From: Rhodospirillales bacterium
GTDB lineage: Bacteria; Pseudomonadota; Alphaproteobacteria; JAJFIK01
Length of the DNA: 64,000 nucleotides
Direction: 5' to 3'
Assembly (NCBI GenBank): GCA_021775005.1
Contig: JAJFIK010000080.1
Coordinates: 2,014-66,013, forward strand
A model generated the notes under the pieces. That model saw nothing but the letters and a program-made list of their open reading frames with translations. It was not told the origin of the DNA and made no database searches. The position numbers and the translations under genes were made by a program. Below are positions 36,611-45,909 of the stretch, one piece after another. How positions within the stretch are numbered: position 1 is the first letter of the stretch; each line of letters begins with the position of its first letter.

Positions 36611-37315
36611 ATGGTTAACACTTTGGAAATTCAGCTTTTCAGTTTCCCGTCAGGCGCGGCCAAGGCCACGGGCGCCACCATCATCATTGATGTTTTTCGC
36701 GCCTTCACCACGGCGACCTATGCCTTTGCGTCGGGGGCGAGCGAGATCATCATGGTGGGTGAGCTTGATGAGGCGCTGGCGTTGAAAACATCAGGCCGCG
36801 TTGATTTCAGTATTGGCGAGCGCGAGGGGCTGATGCCCCCTGGCTTTGACTTTGGAAACTCGCCGACCGCCATGCGGGACGCGGATTTCTCAGGCCAACG
36901 CCTGGCGCTGACCACCTCTAATGGGACCAAAGCCATGCTGGCTGCCACGGCGGCGGCGCGGCGCTTCACCGGCGCGCTGGTCAATTTAACCGCAACCGTC
37001 AATGCCGCCGGCGTGAGGGCCGAGGCGCTGTCCATTGTCGCTGCGGGCCGCAAGGGCACCATCAAAGCGGATGAAGATGAGCTCTGCGCCGGTCTTATGC
37101 GCAATCATGCCCTGGGTCTTGAGATGGACCACCCCGCGGTTCGCGCGCATTTGCAGGCGCATTTCCTCAATGAGGCTTTTTTGGCCTCGCGGGCGAAGTT
37201 TGGCCCCTCCAGTGATTGGGAGCTTGCGTGCGACGTTGACAGGTTTGACTTTGCCATTGAGGTCCGCCAAGAGGGGGGCCTTCTGGTGGCGCGCGCAGAT
37301 TGCGCCCATTTTTGA
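36611..37315 (+). CDS. comB: 2-phosphosulfolactate phosphatase (ComB family)
   Basis: 2-phosphosulfolactate phosphatase family pattern (IIIDVFRAFTTATYAFASGA). Length is 234 aa. It lies immediately upstream of a ComA homolog. Confidence 0.7.
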   Translation: MVNTLEIQLFSFPSGAAKATGATIIIDVFRAFTTATYAFASGASEIIMVGELDEALALKTSGRVDFSIGEREGLMPPGFDFGNSPTAMRDADFSGQRLALTTSNGTKAMLAATAAARRFTGALVNLTATVNAAGVRAEALSIVAAGRKGTIKADEDELCAGLMRNHALGLEMDHPAVRAHLQAHFLNEAFLASRAKFGPSSDWELACDVDRFDFAIEVRQEGGLLVARADCAHF

Positions 37316-37335
37316 TTGCGTAGAAGGTAAGGGTT

Positions 37336-38142
37336 ATGCCGTCCATTCCGTTTGATTTGCCGCCGCGGAGCCAAAAGCCGCGCTCCAAAGGCTTCACCAA
37401 CGCGCTTGATAGCGGGCTTGGGGTGCGCGCCATTGAAGACACGCTGGAGGTTTGCGCCGCGTACACAGACGTTGTGAAACTGGGCTGGGGCACGGCGCAG
37501 CTGACGCCAAATCTTGCTGAAAAACTTGCGGTCTATCACCGCTTTGATGTGGCCACCTGTCCTGGGGGGCTGATGTTTGAGCTATCCTATTGGCAGAACA
37601 AGACAGATGCCTACGCAAGTTTCGCCGCCGACATGGGCTTTTCCTATGTGGAGGTCTCCAACGGCTCGCTCCCGATCCCGGAACTTGAGAAATGCCGCCA
37701 GGTGGAAGCGCTGACGAGCAAGGGCTTTAAGGTCCTCTCCGAAGTGGGGAGCAAGGATGCCGATTTTGTCATGGCCCCCGATGCATGGGTATCAGCAATC
37801 AAGGATGATCTCAGCGCAGGGGCGTTCAAAGTCATTGTCGAAGGGCGCGCAGATGCCAGCGCTGGGATCTATGGCGCTGACGGCAAGGTACGCGGCGATG
37901 CCATCGACGCCATCTTGAGTTCAGGTATCGATCCAGATCGGTTGATCTTTGAGGCGCCGTTTAAGCCGCAGATGATTTTCTTTGTCACCAAGCTGGGGCC
38001 GGACGTGAATGTGGGCAATGTGGCGCTGGGTGAGGTGTTAAATCTTGAGACACTGCGGCTTGGGTTGCGCGGTCACACCGTGGAGCATTTCTTTGCCCCT
38101 GATCACAAATCTGCCCACGAAGCAACAGCGATACAGACCTAG
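37336..38142 (+). CDS. comA: (2R)-phospho-3-sulfolactate synthase (ComA family)
   Basis: Strong collinear similarity to archaeal ComA as I recall it (GWGT, PGG.LFE, VE.S.GS, VIVEGRAD/ESG, LETLRLGLRGHT). Length is 268 aa. Confidence 0.85.
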   Translation: MPSIPFDLPPRSQKPRSKGFTNALDSGLGVRAIEDTLEVCAAYTDVVKLGWGTAQLTPNLAEKLAVYHRFDVATCPGGLMFELSYWQNKTDAYASFAADMGFSYVEVSNGSLPIPELEKCRQVEALTSKGFKVLSEVGSKDADFVMAPDAWVSAIKDDLSAGAFKVIVEGRADASAGIYGADGKVRGDAIDAILSSGIDPDRLIFEAPFKPQMIFFVTKLGPDVNVGNVALGEVLNLETLRLGLRGHTVEHFFAPDHKSAHEATAIQT

Positions 38143-38351
38143 AGCTGCCGTCCGCCGCCAACATCAACGCCATAGAGCGAAAACAGCCGCACCAGCATCA
38201 ATATGCCGATGAACGTTGCTGTGAACATGATGATGTTCCACGGAATATAGCGGTTCTTGCCTGGCTCATAGGTCTTGTTGGTCTGGTATCGCCCCAGGGC
38301 AATGACGCACATGGATACGAACAAAATCGTGGTGGTGGTGATCCAACCCAT
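38139..38351 (-). CDS. Small (70-aa) two-TM membrane protein
   Basis: ATG with a GGAGAT RBS 5 nt upstream. Two clear hydrophobic helices. It is the C-terminal part of a 242-aa ORF-track ORF, whose remainder overlaps the GNAT gene on the other strand. Its 3' end overlaps the comA stop by 4 nt (convergent). Confidence 0.45.
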   Translation of the reverse strand: MGWITTTTILFVSMCVIALGRYQTNKTYEPGKNRYIPWNIIMFTATFIGILMLVRLFSLYGVDVGGGRQL

Positions 38352-38606
38352 TACATATCTCCAACGCAGATAACTCTCGAAATTTGGCGGGTAATCTAGG
38401 CATCTGCGTGCGGTCCGTCTACTGCTGAACGTTAACTGAACGAACTGTTGGCGGCGGACTTGCTGACTGTGTTGTGATTTCCTTCCCACAATAGCCTCAA
38501 TTCGGATCGTCGGTTGCCCAAATTGGCAACTATTTTCGGTCATAGTGAAAGGAATGGTGGGGTGCCCCCGACAGGCCAAGGCCTGTGAAAGAGAAAGGGC
38601 AAGACG

Positions 38607-39149
38607 ATGATTACGGTGCGCAAGGCCGAACAAGGCGATGCGGCAGCCATGGGCCGCGTTTATGTGGATGCATGGCGAGACGCTTATCCGGGCCTTTTGG
38701 CAGACGCTGGCCTTTTGGCCATGTCGCCAGAGCGGCAAGCCTTTGCCTGGGCACGTACTATTTCCCGCCAATCGGACGACAATTTTGTGCTGGTGGCAGA
38801 ACGCAGCCGCTACGGCATTGTTGGGCTGGCCTCTGGCGGGCGCTGCCGCGACCGGGATGCGCGCCACGATGGCGAAGTCTACGCATTATATATTGACCCA
38901 AATCACCAACGGGGCGGCGCTGGCCGCGCCCTGCTTGAGGGGATGTTTGCCGCTCTGCGCGAGGCAGGTTGCCGTGATGGCATTATCTGGGCGCTGGCAG
39001 GTAATCCGGCCCGCACGTTTTATGAGCAGATCGGGGGCATTGAAGTGGCGCACCGCTCAGCGGAAACATTTGGTGAATGCCATGAGGAAGTAGGATTTGA
39101 ATTTCCTGAACTCTGTCTGCTCCAATCAGAAAGTGTTCTGCGCTCCTAA
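38607..39149 (+). CDS. GNAT-family N-acetyltransferase
   Basis: Acetyl-CoA-binding motif Q/RxxGxG/A (HQRGGAGRALLE). Length is 180 aa. Confidence 0.8.
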   Translation: MITVRKAEQGDAAAMGRVYVDAWRDAYPGLLADAGLLAMSPERQAFAWARTISRQSDDNFVLVAERSRYGIVGLASGGRCRDRDARHDGEVYALYIDPNHQRGGAGRALLEGMFAALREAGCRDGIIWALAGNPARTFYEQIGGIEVAHRSAETFGECHEEVGFEFPELCLLQSESVLRS

Positions 39150-39154
39150 ATTGC

Positions 39155-40444
39155 TCAGCTCGCCAGCATCCGCGCTTGGCTCTGATCCCCAACACTCCGC
39201 ACGCGGAAATATGGCAAACACATTTCAATGCAGGCACCAGGCTCGTCGTTGTCCGCGAGGGTTAGGCGGCCGCCATGGGCTTCCACCAACCGGGTGACCA
39301 CACAAAGGCCAATACCCAGGCCATCGTTTCGTGTATCATTGAGGTCACCGATCTTCTGAAATGACTGACAGGCCAATTTGAATTCCGGATTGGAAAGGCC
39401 TGGGCCTTCATCGGCCACAGTGATGGTGAGGTTGTCTTCACCATCAAGTCCAACAGAAAGCCGCACTGTGCCGCCATCGGGGGTCACCTTGATGGCGTTG
39501 TCGAGCAGTTGTGAGATCATCTGCTCTGTATGAAGGCGGTCAGCATGGATGAGCAGGTCATCCTCGCAGTTTTTTTGAACGTGAAGCGCGAGTTTGCGAT
39601 TGGGCCGCAACAATTGCACGCGCTGTTCCACCTGCGTGATCATTTCAAAAATATCGAATGTTTCTTCATTCAAGCGCACTTCGCCAGTTTCCAGCTGGCT
39701 GTAGGTGAGAACAGACTCGATGATCCGCTCTAGTGATTTCCCAGCTGAAAAGATGCAGTTGGCATAGTCTTCTATCGCGTTAAGGGACATCTTGCCGCCC
39801 CGCATGATTTCGGAAAAACCAAGTATGGCGTTGAGCGGCGTCCGTAGCTCGTGATTGGCAATCGTCAACACCCGTCGCCGCGCCTTCTCCGCCGCGTCGC
39901 CGCCACCGCCCCCTTCGACATCGGCTAGGCGCTCGCTCATTTGCAGAAGGCTTTTGCGCGCTATCAAGGCCGACATGGCCTGCGCAGCTAAATCCTTCAA
40001 CATCTGGCGTTCCTCCTCGCTGAAAGAAGCACGCGGCTCAAAACCAAAAATGCAGAGCGTTCCCAGGCGCACCCCCGGCGCTGCCATCAACGGTGCTCCG
40101 ACATAGAACCGCACATGAGGTTCATTGACGACCAGTGCGTGCTGGGCAAACCGCGGGTCTTTGTGCGTATCAAGAATGACTAGTGGTTCGTCCTGCATAA
40201 TCGCATAGGCGCAGAAGGCATGCTGCCGCGACGACTCGCAAAATTCCACACCGACCGTCGACTTAAACCAGTTTCGCGATGTGTCCATCATGGTCAGCAG
40301 CGCAGCCGGTACACCGAAGTGAGACGAGGCGAAACGCGTCAGGCGGTCGAACTCTGGCTCTGGCGGTGTGTCCAGAATTTGAAGATCGTGAACGACCGAC
40401 AAGCGGTATTCTTCATTGGTGGGGATGGGGAAATTTTCGTCCAT
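39155..40444 (-). CDS. GAF-domain sensor histidine kinase
   Basis: N-terminal GAF domain, H-box ANHELRTPLNAILGFSEIM, and a HATPase_c domain with G-boxes. No TM segments, so it is cytoplasmic. Confidence 0.85.
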   Translation of the reverse strand: MDENFPIPTNEEYRLSVVHDLQILDTPPEPEFDRLTRFASSHFGVPAALLTMMDTSRNWFKSTVGVEFCESSRQHAFCAYAIMQDEPLVILDTHKDPRFAQHALVVNEPHVRFYVGAPLMAAPGVRLGTLCIFGFEPRASFSEEERQMLKDLAAQAMSALIARKSLLQMSERLADVEGGGGGDAAEKARRRVLTIANHELRTPLNAILGFSEIMRGGKMSLNAIEDYANCIFSAGKSLERIIESVLTYSQLETGEVRLNEETFDIFEMITQVEQRVQLLRPNRKLALHVQKNCEDDLLIHADRLHTEQMISQLLDNAIKVTPDGGTVRLSVGLDGEDNLTITVADEGPGLSNPEFKLACQSFQKIGDLNDTRNDGLGIGLCVVTRLVEAHGGRLTLADNDEPGACIEMCLPYFRVRSVGDQSQARMLAS

Positions 40445-40590
40445 TGTTTCGTTCCGTCTTAGATTTCAAGCCATCGATATCGTTGGCATATAGAATACGG
40501 ACAAATAGAGTGATTGGATTTCCATTCCATCAATAGATTGCGAAACACTGTGGTTAGGGTAAACGAATGGTAAAGAGCCGCGCCGCGGTA

Positions 40591-41094
40591 CTAAATCACC
40601 AGCAGTTTTGGGAAGATCAGGTCGACGACGTCGCCTGCGTGCGGTTTGACTGCACGCCACGTCTCCGCATCAAAATCGATGACAGCCAGTGCGCCGGCGG
40701 GAAATTTGTCAGGCGCGGCCGCGTCCCGTTTGGCCAGGATATCAATCAGTTCTGCAAGGCCAGGATTGTGCGCAATCAACATCAGGGAATTCGCCCCCGC
40801 ATCCGCATCACGAATGCGGTCCAGCAACACATCCGGGCTGGCATGATAAAGCTCTGCTTCCATGCTCATTGCAATGTCTATCCCGAACTCGGGTGTCATG
40901 AGAGCCAGGGTCTCCCGCGTCCGCTTGGCGGTGGAACATAGGATCATGTCTGGCAGGTAATCACGGAACTTGAGCTCTGCCCCCATGCGCTTGGCAGCGT
41001 CCTTGCCGCGCTTATTCAGCGGGCGGTCGTGATCCTTCATGCCTTCTTCGCTCCAGCTCGATTTGGCATGCCGCATCAGATAAACGCGCTTCAT
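40591..41094 (-). CDS. sixA: Phosphohistidine phosphatase SixA-like (histidine phosphatase superfamily)
   Basis: LMRHAKS catalytic RHG-type motif at the N-terminus. About 167 aa from MKRVYL. The start codon overlaps the upstream gene's stop (ATGA). Confidence 0.75.
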   Translation of the reverse strand: MKRVYLMRHAKSSWSEEGMKDHDRPLNKRGKDAAKRMGAELKFRDYLPDMILCSTAKRTRETLALMTPEFGIDIAMSMEAELYHASPDVLLDRIRDADAGANSLMLIAHNPGLAELIDILAKRDAAAPDKFPAGALAVIDFDAETWRAVKPHAGDVVDLIFPKLLVI

Positions 41095-41921
41095 TCGGAA
41101 TGACCTTCTTTTCGCCTGGCGGATTCGCCAATAGGATACCATAGCAACCAAAGGAAATTGCCAACAGGTCGTTTTCGAGTACTTGCAAGCCCCAGTTCCA
41201 TGTTTGCATGGCCATCCTGGGGTTCAGTGGTGTAGGTGCCAAATAGCCTGTCCCAAAGCGATAGATTAAATCCGTAATTGGAATCGCACTCGCGCAAATG
41301 CACAGAGTGGTGGATGCGGTGCATATCGGGTGTGACAACGGCAAAGCGTAAGCCCCGATCCGCCCAGATCGGCAGGCGCAAGTTTGAGTGATTGAAAAGG
41401 GCCATGCCGCTCAACACGACTTCAAACAAGATGATGGCCGCTGCCGAAGGACCGATCATCGCAACCGCAACAATTTTGATCGCCATTGAGACCAGGATTT
41501 CAAAAGGATGAAATCTCAGTGCCGTGGTTGCGTCCAGGTCGCGGTCAGTATGATGCACCCGATGCAGACGCCAAAGCAGCGGGAATTTGTGCATGGCAAC
41601 ATGTTGCGCCCAAATAAGCGCATCAAGCAGCAGCAGCGCGATGACGAATTCTGCAATCCATGGGAGATCCACAAGATTTAGTACGCCATATCCTTGGGCT
41701 TGCGCCCACAGCGCAACGCCCACCGCCAGAACGGGCACAACAAACCGCAACACAAGCGTGTTGACGACAGTGAGTCCCAAATTGACGCTCCAGCGCGTCA
41801 AACGTGACATGGTGCGCGCCTTGCGAGGCAGCAGCGCCTCAAGTGCCGCGAAGCCAATCAAAAATCCAATAAAGGCCGCCAGCCGCAGGGTCGGCTCATT
41901 GGCAATCAAATACTCGTTCAT
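41091..41921 (-). CDS. Sterol desaturase / fatty-acid hydroxylase superfamily membrane protein
   Basis: Histidine boxes HKFPLLWRLHRVHH and HRIHHS are present, and the protein is multi-TM. Confidence 0.8.
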   Translation of the reverse strand: MNEYLIANEPTLRLAAFIGFLIGFAALEALLPRKARTMSRLTRWSVNLGLTVVNTLVLRFVVPVLAVGVALWAQAQGYGVLNLVDLPWIAEFVIALLLLDALIWAQHVAMHKFPLLWRLHRVHHTDRDLDATTALRFHPFEILVSMAIKIVAVAMIGPSAAAIILFEVVLSGMALFNHSNLRLPIWADRGLRFAVVTPDMHRIHHSVHLRECDSNYGFNLSLWDRLFGTYTTEPQDGHANMELGLASTRKRPVGNFLWLLWYPIGESARRKEGHSE

Positions 41922-41998
41922 GGTCCCGAAACTGGGCTGGTTTCAGGTTGCGATCAAGCGCTTGTTTGCCCGCCGCGGTTACGCCTAGGCTTGGGCCT

Positions 41999-42619
41999 AT
42001 GGAATTGCTTGTAGATGGGCCCAACAATGCCGCACTGACCATCGTGCTCGCGCACGGGGCGGGGGTTGGTATGGACGCCACCTTTATGGCACAGGTGGCT
42101 GCCGGGCTGGTGGCGGGCGGTCATCGGGTGGTCCGTTTTGAGTTTCCCTATATGGCGCGACGACGAGAAACCGGCAAACGCGGTCCGCCAGATCGCGCGC
42201 CGAAATTGATCGAAAGTTTTTCTCAGGCTATCGCCGCGGCAGAGCCGCAAGGACCCCTTGTGCTCGCGGGCAAAAGCATGGGCGGGCGCCTGGCAACAAT
42301 GATAGCCACCGACCAAAAGGCAGCGGGGGTGGTGGTGTTTGGCTATCCGTTTCATCCGCCCGCCAAGCCCGAAAACTTGCGCACCGACCATCTAGGTGAT
42401 CTGAAGGTGCCCACACTCTTTTGCCAAGGGGAACGTGATCCCTTCGGCACTAAAGCTGAAGTGCCAAGCTTTAAGCTCTCAAACCACATTGAATTTTGCT
42501 GGTTGCCAGATGGCGATCATGATTTCAAACCGCGCAAGGCAAGCGGGCATAGCCACGACGGCAATATTGCCGCCGCGCTTGAAACGTCGTTAAGCTTCTT
42601 GAAGCGAATTGGCGTTTAA
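41999..42619 (+). CDS. Alpha/beta-hydrolase (dienelactone hydrolase/KANL3-Tex30-like)
   Basis: GKSMGGR nucleophile elbow and LAHGAG oxyanion region. Start placed at MELLVDGP; the ORF track begins at a TTG 51 nt upstream. Confidence 0.7.
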   Translation: MELLVDGPNNAALTIVLAHGAGVGMDATFMAQVAAGLVAGGHRVVRFEFPYMARRRETGKRGPPDRAPKLIESFSQAIAAAEPQGPLVLAGKSMGGRLATMIATDQKAAGVVVFGYPFHPPAKPENLRTDHLGDLKVPTLFCQGERDPFGTKAEVPSFKLSNHIEFCWLPDGDHDFKPRKASGHSHDGNIAAALETSLSFLKRIGV

Positions 42620-43032
42620 AGCGTCATATGCCGCGCGCGTGCCGACCATTCGATCGCACCTGAATGCAATCGGCTGAGCCGCAGTGTGTCGCGAATCATC
42701 TCAAGCACGCGCAACTCTTCCTGATCGACGCTTTCGTCTGCCGCGGCAATTTCAATGGCGCAAGCATAGGCGGTTTCATAAAGGCGCTCAGGCAGAACTT
42801 CCTCAACAATGTTTAGAACGCTTTGCAGGCCATCTTCGTCAGCGGCCAGAAGAGTGCCGCATTCTTCAGCGACGGATACCAGTTGATTGGAATCGAAATC
42901 CTTAAACACCGGAAATTTGCGCACGATCTCGCCAATGGTCATCAACTCCGCATCGGTCATGTCTGCATCGGCAGCTGAAACAACGACCATCAAATAGATC
43001 AATGCCTTGTGAGGGTTCAGGTCCTGGTTCAT
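42616..43032 (-). CDS. TerB-like (tellurite-resistance TerB domain) protein
   Basis: TerB-family helical pattern (ALIYLMVVVSAADADMTDAELMTIGEIV ... ACAIEIAAADESVDQEEL). Alternative start GTG 43095 would give a GTGA overlap with the DinG-like gene stop. Confidence 0.55.
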   Translation of the reverse strand: MNQDLNPHKALIYLMVVVSAADADMTDAELMTIGEIVRKFPVFKDFDSNQLVSVAEECGTLLAADEDGLQSVLNIVEEVLPERLYETAYACAIEIAAADESVDQEELRVLEMIRDTLRLSRLHSGAIEWSARARHMTL

Positions 43033-43091
43033 TGGTTCTGGTTCCAAGTCTTTGATTGAGGGGGTCACATATCGCGCGGGACCATAGAGGC

Positions 43092-45866
43092 TCACCTGCA
43101 GGAGGGCAAGAAGTCCCGTACCCGGCTGATGGCGTCCGCAAGGCCGATCCGCTCTACCTCAACGCCTTCGGGAAATGCCGTCAGCAGCCGCGTGGGGGTT
43201 GCGGCATCCAACATGACAAAGATACCGCGGTCATCTTTCTTGCGGATCAGCCGCCCAAAAGCTTGCTTCAGGCGCAATCTGGTCAATACATCGTCATAGC
43301 GCCGACCAAAGCGCTGCCGGCGGGCCTTATGCAAGATGTCGGGCCGAGGCCAGGGCACCCGATCAAAGACAATGAGCCGAAGGGAATCCCCCGGCACATC
43401 GATACCGTCTCGCACTGCGTCAGTGCCGAGAAGGCAGGCATGGCGATCAGCCCGGAAAATATCCACAAGTGTGCCGGCGTCCATGGCGTCCACATGCTGG
43501 GCATAAAGCGGCAGGCCCCCGGCCTCCAAAGGCTCAGCAATCAGGTCATAGGTCGCGCGCAAACGCTGAATGGCGGTAAAAAGACCCAAGGCGCCGCCCC
43601 CCGCAGCGCAAAAGAGTTCTCGGAACGCGGCGCTGGTCTGGCTGGCGTCGTTTTTGTTGAGGTCATTGACGACAATGACCCGGGTATTGGCCGCGTAGTC
43701 AAAAGGACTTTGAAAGTGACCGCGCGCGGCAGCGCCCACCATATGATTTGCCCCGGTGCGAATTTCCGCGCTTTCCCAGCCATCGTCATCAGGGGCAATG
43801 TCGCGAAGGGTTGCTGAGGTGATGAGCGTGCCTTGGGCACGGTCCAGCACATTAAGGGCAAATGGCTCCGTCGGGTCGATCCAATGGCGATGCATGCCCA
43901 CATCAAAGAGCCGCCCATATTGATGCTCGAGCGAAAACCAATCGACAAACGTGTCCGTCTTGGGGGCGTGCAATGCTGCCAACATGTCGCGCCACGCGGG
44001 GATAAGAAGATGCGCGCGGCGTTCAATACCCCGCGCAACGCTTTCGATACGGGCGCGGGCGGGGCTATCGAGATCTTCCGCTTCGGTATCAAGGCGCTGG
44101 CGCAATTCCTTCGCGAGAATTTGCAAAGGTTTCGCCAGGCCCTGTAGCGCGCTATCGAATGATATTGCGGCATCTAAAATGCCATCCATCAAGGGCTCTG
44201 CTGTGGCTTCAAGGGCGTAGGAGGTGTAGCGCGCGTTCTTGTTCTGAGCGGCAACATGAAGGCGCACAAGGGCAAATAAGTCCTCGGCGGGCCCTTGCGG
44301 TGTGCCGTCGATCACGCGCGTTGTCCAACCATCAAGGGGTAATGAGCGGGCTGCGGCAACAGCGGCTTCAAGGGCTTCCTGCGCTACCACTTCGGTGGTG
44401 AGCTCGCCAGCGCGCTCTAACAACCCGCGGGCACGGCTGCCACGGCGTCCCTCGGGCCCTCGAATCCAGCGCCGCAGCTCAGAGGTTTCCAGCGCCGTCA
44501 GATGGGCAGAAAAAGCCGAGTCGGCGGCATCAAAGAGATGGTGGCCTTCGTCAAAGATATATCTCGCGCGGCGATCAGATAGATCTTCCTGGCTGCTCTC
44601 GTGGGCCGGCGTAAGGGCGCGGTCGAGGGCTGCTTGGGTCAGCACCAATGCGTGGTTGGCGACCACCAATCGGGCGTGACGCGCCTTGCGCACGGATTTT
44701 TCGATAACGCAACGGCGATAGTGCGGGCACGCGGAATAGATGCACTCCCCCCGCCGGTCGGTAAGCTGATACTCAAGGCCTGTCTCAAGCCAGGCGGGAT
44801 AGTCGCCGCCAATCATGTCACCGTCGCGACTTGCGAGGGCCCAACGTGCGATGAGCGCCATCTCAATCTGGCCAAGGCCGCGCAGAGCGGTGCTGGCGCG
44901 CATGGCCGCCTCCTGGAAATTCAACAGGCAGAGGTAATTTTCGCGACCCTTTCGGATCGCCGTCCAGCGCGCTTTTTCGGCAGGATCGGGATAGACCCGC
45001 GAGAGCTCTTGATTGATCTGCCGTTGCAGGTTCTTGGTATAGGTGGAGATCCAGATGCCGGGACCATTTTTCTCTGACCACACGCTGGCGGGCGCAAGGT
45101 AACCCAGCGTCTTGCCAAGACCGGTTCCCGCCTCAGCCAAAATGACACTGGTGTTGCCGTCAGGTCCAGGTGCCAGTGCCGTGGCCGCGAGTTGGGCATA
45201 GTCCTTTTGAACCTCGCGCGCTTCTCCACCCGTGCCCACAAGGGCTGCGAGGCGTGATGCGGTTTCTTCAGGTGCGACGCCCTGTGTGCCCGGCGGGGGC
45301 GCTGGCCCGCGTTCTTCCCATTCAGGTAGCCGCATCCAGACATCAAGACCTGAGCCTTGCGCGCCCATTTCCGCCATCTTGGGGCCAAAAGCCCCTGCTA
45401 CATGGGGCCCCCAGGCCCAGCCCGCCCGCGCCAAAGTGCGGGTAAGGGCAATGGCTTGGTCAATGCTGTTGGTGTTCCCGCCCCCAAGATCAGACAACAG
45501 CATACGCGCGGCGTGATGCAGCGCCGCTGCTTCGGCGACCGGCCCGTGCGGCGTTTCAAGACCGGCGATCTGCGCCAAACCGGCCGGGGTTGGCACGCAG
45601 AATTCGGCGGGGCGGACAAAGGCAAACAACTCCAAAATATCAAACAAGCTCTCGCGCGCTGGCGGACGCTTGGCACCCAGGCGCCGCGCCGAAAACCCTT
45701 TGTGGCAGATAAGTACCTCGCCGCGCTCGAACAGCTCGCGTGCGGCATTGGCATCAAGGGACTTGATCTCACCCCCCTCGGCGGCAACAAAAGCTGCCCC
45801 AGCGTGCACAATGAGCGCAGGCGGAAGATCATTGGATGTGAGAGAAGACTCAGCTGACACGGACAT
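43092..45866 (-). CDS. ATP-dependent DNA helicase, DinG/Rad3-like (superfamily 2, DEAH/DEGH box) with an N-terminal extension of about 230 aa
   Basis: Walker A EAGTGLGKTLGYL, DEAH-type FDEGHHL box, motif VI region, and 924 aa. Confidence 0.8.
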   Translation of the reverse strand: MSVSAESSLTSNDLPPALIVHAGAAFVAAEGGEIKSLDANAARELFERGEVLICHKGFSARRLGAKRPPARESLFDILELFAFVRPAEFCVPTPAGLAQIAGLETPHGPVAEAAALHHAARMLLSDLGGGNTNSIDQAIALTRTLARAGWAWGPHVAGAFGPKMAEMGAQGSGLDVWMRLPEWEERGPAPPPGTQGVAPEETASRLAALVGTGGEAREVQKDYAQLAATALAPGPDGNTSVILAEAGTGLGKTLGYLAPASVWSEKNGPGIWISTYTKNLQRQINQELSRVYPDPAEKARWTAIRKGRENYLCLLNFQEAAMRASTALRGLGQIEMALIARWALASRDGDMIGGDYPAWLETGLEYQLTDRRGECIYSACPHYRRCVIEKSVRKARHARLVVANHALVLTQAALDRALTPAHESSQEDLSDRRARYIFDEGHHLFDAADSAFSAHLTALETSELRRWIRGPEGRRGSRARGLLERAGELTTEVVAQEALEAAVAAARSLPLDGWTTRVIDGTPQGPAEDLFALVRLHVAAQNKNARYTSYALEATAEPLMDGILDAAISFDSALQGLAKPLQILAKELRQRLDTEAEDLDSPARARIESVARGIERRAHLLIPAWRDMLAALHAPKTDTFVDWFSLEHQYGRLFDVGMHRHWIDPTEPFALNVLDRAQGTLITSATLRDIAPDDDGWESAEIRTGANHMVGAAARGHFQSPFDYAANTRVIVVNDLNKNDASQTSAAFRELFCAAGGGALGLFTAIQRLRATYDLIAEPLEAGGLPLYAQHVDAMDAGTLVDIFRADRHACLLGTDAVRDGIDVPGDSLRLIVFDRVPWPRPDILHKARRQRFGRRYDDVLTRLRLKQAFGRLIRKKDDRGIFVMLDAATPTRLLTAFPEGVEVERIGLADAISRVRDFLPSCR

Positions 45867-45909
45867 CGCGCAAAACTAGCACGATCACAATGATCGTACA
45901 GCGTCGGAT

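Noticed and set aside
38460-38530. Imperfect inverted repeat TTGCCCAAATTGGCAA upstream of the GNAT gene at 38607
   Set aside because: It is one mismatch off a palindrome and matches no operator consensus I can name. It is left as an untested observation.
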